Shown: piece by piece, positions 26,852 to 32,000 of the stretch
Position numbering within the stretch: the stretch's first letter is position 1
How the letters are laid out: each line of letters opens with the position of its first letter
Origin: Vibrio vulnificus CMCP6
Lineage (GTDB): Bacteria > Pseudomonadota > Gammaproteobacteria > Enterobacterales > Vibrionaceae
DNA: 32,000 nt
NCBI RefSeq assembly: GCF_000039765.1
Contig: NC_004459.3
Span: 1,620,001-1,652,000, forward strand
Reading direction: 5' to 3'
The notes under the pieces: model-generated
What the model saw: only the letters and a program-made list of their open reading frames with translations
What the model was told of the DNA's origin: nothing
Databases searched by the model: none
Made by a program: the position numbers and the translations under genes

Positions 26852-27877
26852 TTATTTATCTCCGCTCCAAAGTGCATTTTGCGGTGCCATTTCAGGCTCA
26901 CGCTCTTTCTTGTCTTCTTTCGCTAGCTTCTGCCAGCGCTTCATTCCTTTGTGAGAACGAAGTTGTGGGTTCGCAATCTCATCGACCGCAAAGTTCAGTA
27001 ATGCAAGGCCAGTGACGAGTAGTGTCAGTGCGATACACGGAGCAAGCAGTTCCCACCATGCGCCAATCAGCATTGAAGAGGAGGTCTGTACGTTGTACAG
27101 CATGATGCCCCAACTGATGGTGTTTGGATCGCCTAGACCAAGGAAGGAAATGATCGATTCCATGGTGATGGCGTACATTACCGAGCCGATGAAACTTGCA
27201 CCCACAATTGGAATCAGGTTTGGCAGAATCTCAACAAAGATGATGCGCCATGAAGATTCGCCCAATACTTCTGCGGCTTTAACAAATTCTTTTTCACGTA
27301 GTGCAAGGGTTTGAGAGCGGACAACCCGCGCACCCCAGGCCCAGGAGGTACAGCCGATGATAATGGCAATGGTCATTGGCCCTGCTTCACCGATAAAGGC
27401 GGCAAGAACGAACAGCAATGGATACTGAGGAATAACCAGCATGATGTTCATCGCAGCGGTGAGAATGTCATCAACACGACCACCAAAGTAACCCGCTGAG
27501 ATACCAATAACGGTTGCGAGGAAACACACGGTGATACCCGCACCAAAACCAACCGCAAGTGACACTCGTGCACCGTAAGCTAGTTGTGACCATACGTCAC
27601 GCCCCATACGAGAAGTACCCAGTACGTGATCGGCTTTCTTCGACAGAAGAAGAGTACGACGGTCATCGGCAAGGTTGGTAGCAATCCAACCATTTGGATC
27701 TGCTTGCGCGGCTTTGACGACGAAACTTGGGTATTCGTGTGGGTTACCAGTACGTTTATCTGGAGCATGTTTGGTGATCAGCGGCGCTGCGACCGCCATA
27801 AAGATAAACAGACAAACAATGACCAAACCAACGCGAGCAATCGCATTACCTAGAATCAGCTTAAATAAGTTGTTCAT
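26852..27877 (-). CDS. Chitooligosaccharide ABC transporter permease (DppC/OppC-like)
   Basis: 341-aa polytopic protein with an EAA-loop region (FVKAAEVLGESSWRIIFVEILPN). There is a 2-nt gap to the downstream ATPase gene. Confidence 0.85.
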   Translation of the reverse strand: MNNLFKLILGNAIARVGLVIVCLFIFMAVAAPLITKHAPDKRTGNPHEYPSFVVKAAQADPNGWIATNLADDRRTLLLSKKADHVLGTSRMGRDVWSQLAYGARVSLAVGFGAGITVCFLATVIGISAGYFGGRVDDILTAAMNIMLVIPQYPLLFVLAAFIGEAGPMTIAIIIGCTSWAWGARVVRSQTLALREKEFVKAAEVLGESSWRIIFVEILPNLIPIVGASFIGSVMYAITMESIISFLGLGDPNTISWGIMLYNVQTSSSMLIGAWWELLAPCIALTLLVTGLALLNFAVDEIANPQLRSHKGMKRWQKLAKEDKKEREPEMAPQNALWSGDK

Positions 27878-27879
27878 GA

Positions 27880-28866
27880 TTATTTGCCTCCCTTGCGTAG
27901 GCGAGGATCGAGTACGACATACAGCATGTCGGCAATCAGGTTAAATGACAGCATAAATAGAGTCATGATTAACAATTGGCCTTGTAGTACTTGGTAGTCA
28001 CGTGCATTGATCGCATCAAGCAGGACTTTACCCAAACCTGGGTAGTTGAAGATGATTTCAACAATCAGTTGACCACCGATGGCCATACCGAGTGACATGG
28101 ATAGAGCAGTCACACTTGGTAGCAGTGCGTTACGAGCTGCGTAGTTGAACACCACGCGGTTTTCGCTTAAGCCTTTGCCTTTCGCCATAGTGATGTAGTC
28201 TTCTGCTAGCAGGTTGATCATGTTGTTACGCATGTTCACCAAGAAGCCACCAATTTGAACGATAGACGCACAGAAGAGAGGTAGGACGGCGTGATAAGCA
28301 ACATCCTTGAAGTAGGCCCAGCTCGTCCAATCTGGAATGGTACCAGGCGTGTATGCATAGCCCGTCGGGAACCAACCAAGACCGATTGCAAAGATAAATA
28401 GGGCTAGCATTGCGATAACCACCTGAGGTACAGCTTGAATAATCAACATACCTGGTGTGATGAATGCATCGTATTTACTACCACGACGCCATGCTGCGAA
28501 AATACCCAGAATAGAGCCGATTGAGAATGAAAGAATAACCGCAGTACCAGCTAGGAAAAGGGACCAACCAAATGCGCTGCCTAATAGGTCATTAACACTC
28601 AGTGGGTAGAATTTAATAGAAGTACCAAGTTCCCAGCTTAGAATGCTCTTAATGTAAGTGAAATACTGAACATAAAGGGGACCATCGACAAAACCTAGCA
28701 GTTTCTTCATTGCCTCAATACGTTCTGGCGTTACCTGTGTGGTTGCATTCGCAAACATCATGGTAACTGGATCGCCAGGCATTGCTCGAGGAATAATAAA
28801 GTTTAATGTTGCCGCGACTAGCAGCGCGACCATATAGAACGACAAACGTCTTAAAAAATAACCCAT
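27880..28866 (-). CDS. Chitooligosaccharide ABC transporter permease (DppB/OppB-like)
   Basis: 328 aa. The N-terminus MGYFLRRLSFYMVALLVAATLNFIIPRAMPGDP is typical of DppB/OppB. EAA loop: YITMAKGKGLSENRVVFNYAARNALLP. Confidence 0.85.
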   Translation of the reverse strand: MGYFLRRLSFYMVALLVAATLNFIIPRAMPGDPVTMMFANATTQVTPERIEAMKKLLGFVDGPLYVQYFTYIKSILSWELGTSIKFYPLSVNDLLGSAFGWSLFLAGTAVILSFSIGSILGIFAAWRRGSKYDAFITPGMLIIQAVPQVVIAMLALFIFAIGLGWFPTGYAYTPGTIPDWTSWAYFKDVAYHAVLPLFCASIVQIGGFLVNMRNNMINLLAEDYITMAKGKGLSENRVVFNYAARNALLPSVTALSMSLGMAIGGQLIVEIIFNYPGLGKVLLDAINARDYQVLQGQLLIMTLFMLSFNLIADMLYVVLDPRLRKGGK

Positions 28867-28939
28867 AACTCACACCTTACTCACCCAGACTTTTTCCCTG
28901 TTTCTGGTTTCAGGTCGCTCGTGACCAAATTCAGAGCGA

Positions 28940-29017
28940 AAAATCCCCTGACGACTGGCGCCATAAACAAACTAGGTCTGAGAGGGATTTTATAGCGGCG
29001 CACGGGATGCGCGCCGC
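28940..29017 (-). other. Structured intercistronic region between cbp and the first permease gene
   Basis: A GC-rich hairpin GCGGCGC (28995-29001) / GCGCCGC (29011-29017) lies 18 nt after the cbp stop. There is also a longer-range pairing AAAATCCC (28940-28947) / GGGATTTT (28984-28991), ending in a T5 run on the minus strand. Confidence 0.45.
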
Positions 29018-29034
29018 GGGAGATGAACTTCTAC

Positions 29035-30708
29035 TTATTTAACTGGTTTTAGGTCCAGTACGTGTAGTAGACGCTCTGGGATGCCTGCCCAAATGTTTGG
29101 ACGGCCCTTCGGATTTTCTTCTGTCCACCAACCAGTGAAGCGCTTGGTGTTGTATTGGTACATGTAAGCACCAGACATTACAGGGATAGTAACTTGATCC
29201 GCTGCGATGATTTGCTGGATGCCATGAGCAATGGATAGCTGCTCTTTCTTGTCAGCCGTTTTGTAGAAGCTGTCAAGTAGGTTGTCCAGTTTGTCATTGG
29301 TGTAGAAGTGCATCGCGAAGCGTGGCATGCCTTCACCTTTCTGTAGTGCAGAGTTGTATGCACTGTTCCAGTATAGGTGTGGATCCGCACCGTGGAAGTA
29401 GTTGGTGTACGCCACGTCGTAAGTACCATCAAGCATTGCTTGGTTGTACACTGCGAACTCAGGAGTACGAGCACGTGCTTTAATCCCTACTTCAGCAAGC
29501 TGCTCAACCGCTAGTTGAACTGTGTTGTTGAAGTCAGTCCAACCGTTTGGAGATTGGATGAGTAGCTCAAATGGTTTGCCAGATGGAGTATCAACGAAAC
29601 CGTCTTTGTTCACATCTTTAAAGCCAGCTTTCGCTAGAAGCTTCTTCGCGCCTTCAACGTTGTAGGTGTTGTAGCCTTTGTACTTGTTGTGAGTCTTTTC
29701 GTCAGACCACGCTTCGAATGCATAGCCAAGGCCAGATGCGAAGTCGTTCACTGTACCACCACCGTAGAATGCGATGTCGATGATAGTTTGACGGTCAAGA
29801 GCCATTGAGAATGCACGACGGAAATCAACGTTAGTCAGAGCTTCGTTCTTCGCTGCATCTGGGTTCTTGAAGTTCACAACGAACGCTTGAGTACCTGATG
29901 GTGGGTACCAGTACTGATGGTTAGGGCTCGCTGCTGCGTAAGTACGGTCAATATCTGGAATGAAAGAAGAGGTCCAGTCTAGCTCAGAGTTAACGATTTT
30001 ACCCAATAGCTGGTCGTTGTTTGCGATCTGAGGTACACGCAGACAGTCAACTTCTAGGTTCGCAGAATCCCAGTAGTTAGGGTTACGACACTGAATGTAT
30101 AGCTGAGGAGTGAAGGTGTCGATAACCGTAAATGGACCAGTACCTACAGGGTTTTCGTTCGTGAATGTTGTTGGATCTTTCACTTCTTTCCATACGTGCT
30201 CAGCAACGATAGGAACAAGAGAAATTTCGTAAGGTACGTTTGAGTTAGCTTCGCTTAGACGGAAACGAACTTGGTAGTCATTCAGTTTCTCTACGCTAGT
30301 TACCCACTTGTTGATACCACGTTGGTCAAGTTCTGGTTTGTTCTTAAGTAGAGCATAAGAGAACACAACGTCGTCAGCATTGAATGCTTGACCGTCAGAC
30401 CATTTAACACCTTTACGGATGTCAAACGTTACGCTCATTAGGTCATCAGACATGCGGAAGTCTTCAGCAAGACGCATAACTGGCGTGTTGCCGTGCATCT
30501 CATTGAAAACAACTAGTGGCTCATAGATGAAGTCCGTTGTTGTGCGAAGGTTAGTCGCCAAGTACGGGTTAAAGTTACGTACCATTGTAGGGTAAAAATC
30601 AGGTACGATGGTCAGCTCACTACGAGCTGCCGCTGGTGCTGAAATGCTGGTCGCTGCTGCGGCGATAACTGCAGTTGCTAGAGCTGTCTTTTTAATATTG
30701 GCAAGCAT
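29035..30708 (-). CDS. cbp: Periplasmic chitooligosaccharide-binding protein (CBP; family-5 solute-binding protein)
   Basis: 557 aa with a signal peptide (MLANIKKTALATAVIAAAATSISAPAAA/RSE). Opp/Dpp-type SBP size. It is the first gene of the chb operon, directly downstream of chiS. AAGGA SD 6 nt before the ATG. Confidence 0.88.
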   Translation of the reverse strand: MLANIKKTALATAVIAAAATSISAPAAARSELTIVPDFYPTMVRNFNPYLATNLRTTTDFIYEPLVVFNEMHGNTPVMRLAEDFRMSDDLMSVTFDIRKGVKWSDGQAFNADDVVFSYALLKNKPELDQRGINKWVTSVEKLNDYQVRFRLSEANSNVPYEISLVPIVAEHVWKEVKDPTTFTNENPVGTGPFTVIDTFTPQLYIQCRNPNYWDSANLEVDCLRVPQIANNDQLLGKIVNSELDWTSSFIPDIDRTYAAASPNHQYWYPPSGTQAFVVNFKNPDAAKNEALTNVDFRRAFSMALDRQTIIDIAFYGGGTVNDFASGLGYAFEAWSDEKTHNKYKGYNTYNVEGAKKLLAKAGFKDVNKDGFVDTPSGKPFELLIQSPNGWTDFNNTVQLAVEQLAEVGIKARARTPEFAVYNQAMLDGTYDVAYTNYFHGADPHLYWNSAYNSALQKGEGMPRFAMHFYTNDKLDNLLDSFYKTADKKEQLSIAHGIQQIIAADQVTIPVMSGAYMYQYNTKRFTGWWTEENPKGRPNIWAGIPERLLHVLDLKPVK

Positions 30709-30871
30709 AGCTGTTCCTTACTATTTTGCTTTCATTTCACAATGTTTGGAATGTCATCAATTGATAAACACTCTCCAAGACCTACCTCTGATAATCATTT
30801 ACCAAAGTGGCCTGTAGGCCTTAGGCAAGGCTAAGAAAACACCTTAGCGAGAAAATAATCAAATAGCATTC

Positions 30872-30914
30872 CCGTTAAAAACGTTAAAACTCCTAACAAC
30901 TCCGTTATAAACGT
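30872..30914. promoter_or_regulatory. Pair of 13-bp repeats (candidate ChiS-binding sites of the chb promoter)
   Basis: CCGTTAAAAACGT (30872-30884) and CCGTTATAAACGT (30902-30914) are 12/13 identical and exactly 30 bp apart. Each contains the dyad CGTT-N3-AACG. They lie 164-206 bp upstream of the cbp ATG. Confidence 0.5.
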
Positions 30915-30944
30915 CATTTTTTTTATCTGAGTTGGTTTTTTGAG

Positions 30945-30973
30945 CAAAAAATGGACATTGATGTGTGTCGCAT
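30945..30973 (-). terminator. Terminator-like hairpin plus T6 on the minus strand, just upstream of the repeat pair
   Basis: Minus strand: ATGCGACA-cacatcaa-TGTCCAT (7 bp with one bulged G), followed by TTTTTT. It is weak: AT-rich with a bulge. Confidence 0.3.
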
Positions 30974-31124
30974 TGTTCTTAATGTAGGTAGGTGTCTGTT
31001 AGTGGTTACTTACCTCTCTGGCTCTTTGTACTATAGATATTAGGCTTCTGGTTCTAAATGAGGATCTCGCTCACACAGCAAAATGACGTTAATTAATCGA
31101 CAAAAATTTAATCTGCCGTTCTGT

Positions 31125-31140
31125 TGTGATTGATCTCGCA
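31125..31140. promoter_or_regulatory. CRP-like binding site
   Basis: TGTGA-ttgatc-TCGCA matches 9/10 of the TGTGA-N6-TCACA core. It is ~420 bp upstream of the cbp ATG. Confidence 0.35.
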
Positions 31141-31592
31141 ATATGGTTTAAAAGTCCCCACTTTAGGCGAGAGTAATGGTTTGTACGATGAAAAAATGGC
31201 ATTTTTTTCGCACTGAGTGATGGTTATTTTTAACTGAGAATAAAGTGCGTATTGGGCATATCTGCGTGGTTTTTATTCGCACATCATTAGCGGTGTTTAC
31301 CACTTCATTTCTGCAGCGAAGGGGACAAGCAAAGGCAAAACATAACGCGCAGGTATCCCGCCTATATGGATGTGAGAGCGGTTTACCCTGCAATAACCGT
31401 AGGCGAGCAAGCGTTTCCTATAATCGTAAAGACATCCCCTAGCGCGTTTGCGCTTTAAGAGTAGTAGAGAGGCTCGAAATATCGTCAAGGACGTGTTGCG
31501 CTGTCTGATGACGGTAGAGCATGCTCATCAACACTGGAGTTGATATTGCTTGTTCTGAGGGGAAGTACGCAACTATCTGAAAGTTGGGCAAA

Positions 31593-31621
31593 TGAAAAGC
31601 CCGACTCTTTCGAATCGGGCT
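31593..31621 (-). terminator. Rho-independent terminator of chiS
   Basis: Minus strand: AGCCCGA-ttcgaaagag-TCGGGCT followed by TTTTCATTT. It begins 28 nt after the chiS stop. Confidence 0.7.
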
Positions 31622-31648
31622 GAAGTTAACGATAGACGCCCAACATTA

Positions 31649-32000
31649 TTAGCTGGTGAGCAGGCGTTGTAATTTATCTCGCTGCATCTCAATGTAAGTA
31701 CGCTCAGGACTTTGCTCTTTACAGTGCTCCAGAATGTACTCAATAGAACTCAACACGGTTCTCCAACGCGGCGTTTTTGGCAAGGTTTCAATTCGCATGT
31801 ATTTATCAAGTGTGCGAGTTTGTAGCGTGCTGCGGTCGAGATAAACACGCCATAAACCACTTTGTTCAGCAAAGGTAAATTTGTTTTCACCTGTCACTGA
31901 CTCCCAATAATCGAGTGCATGCGTCATCAAATCCACGAGGACTTCACGCATCAGCTCTTGCTTATTCTTATTGGTACCCAGCGCTTTGTCGGCCAGGCGA
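31649..32000 (-). CDS. chiS: Hybrid sensor kinase ChiS, extreme C-terminus only (5' part outside window)
   Basis: The minus-strand frame stays open past the Met at 31951 to the window edge (...RLADKALGTNKNKQELMREVLVDL...). It lies directly upstream of, and co-oriented with, cbp, as for chiS in V. cholerae. Identity rests on synteny and my recollection that ChiS ends in a non-canonical DNA-binding domain. Confidence 0.65.
   Translation of the reverse strand, partial: RLADKALGTNKNKQELMREVLVDLMTHALDYWESVTGENKFTFAEQSGLWRVYLDRSTLQTRTLDKYMRIETLPKTPRWRTVLSSIEYILEHCKEQSPERTYIEMQRDKLQRLLTS

Noticed and set aside
24833-30708. Reading the five transporter genes as a peptide (Dpp/Opp) importer
   Set aside because: Family membership is Opp/Dpp-like. 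The operon context argues instead for chitooligosaccharide uptake: GH9, GH20, GH94, a sugar kinase and a mutase downstream, and chiS upstream. This matches the described Vibrio chb locus.
30951-31043. 30-codon plus-strand ORF (MDIDVCRIVLNVGRCLLVVTYLSGSLYYRY), divergent from cbp
   Set aside because: It is short and has no SD (the upstream sequence is GAGCAAAAA). It overlaps the hairpin and SlmA-like sequence. It is indistinguishable from chance in AT-rich DNA, though ribosome profiling could revisit it.
31091-31098. TTAATTAA palindrome and the repeated 8-mer GATCTCGC (31064-31071 and 31132-31139) in the spacer
   Set aside because: Short AT palindromes and a single 8-mer repeat are expected by chance in ~1 kb of AT-rich DNA. 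The flanks are not symmetric.
31163-31488. Three overlapping short ORFs (76, 65 and 63 codons) in the chiS-cbp spacer, possibly corresponding to an annotated hypothetical gene
   Set aside because: They are mutually exclusive. None has a Shine-Dalgarno sequence, composition is unusual (many Cys/Arg/His), and one starts at GTG. I cannot support any as coding from sequence alone.

Overview
This is a 32-kb stretch of a Vibrio chromosome. Gene order and protein sequences match what I remember of the V. cholerae chromosome-1 region VC0602-VC0622; the species call is from memory, not a search.

Left to right:
- the 3' part of mrcB (PBP1B)
- a patatin-Omp85 fusion with type Vd autotransporter architecture
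- acnB
- a minus-strand cdaR / gntP-family permease / glycerate kinase module
- yacL
- glnK-amtB, with a sigma54-type promoter and an NtrC-type palindrome
- fbpABC, the ferric-iron ABC importer, with Fur-box-like sequence
- on the minus strand, the complete 10-gene chitobiose/chitooligosaccharide (chb) operon: cbp, two permeases, two ATPases, a GH9 enzyme, a glucosamine kinase, a GH20 hexosaminidase, a GH94 chitobiose phosphorylase and a phosphohexomutase
- the ~0.94-kb region upstream of that operon, and the 3' end of chiS

All large ORFs are intact and of expected length. I see no tRNA, rRNA, CRISPR array, transposase, integrase or phage genes.

I did not find a convincing new multi-gene system. 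The window is mostly core and already studied. The items most worth a second look are:
- the largely unexplained 0.94-kb chiS-cbp spacer, which holds a paired 13-bp repeat, a CRP-like site and a terminator-like hairpin that could bracket a small transcript
- a perfect 13-bp-arm palindrome that looks like both the yacL terminator and the NtrC enhancer for glnK
- the identical Cys4 spacing in both chb ABC ATPases
- the glycerate module wedged between acnB and yacL
- the uncharacterised type Vd-like lipase next to mrcB
- a set of intercistronic hairpins in the chb operon
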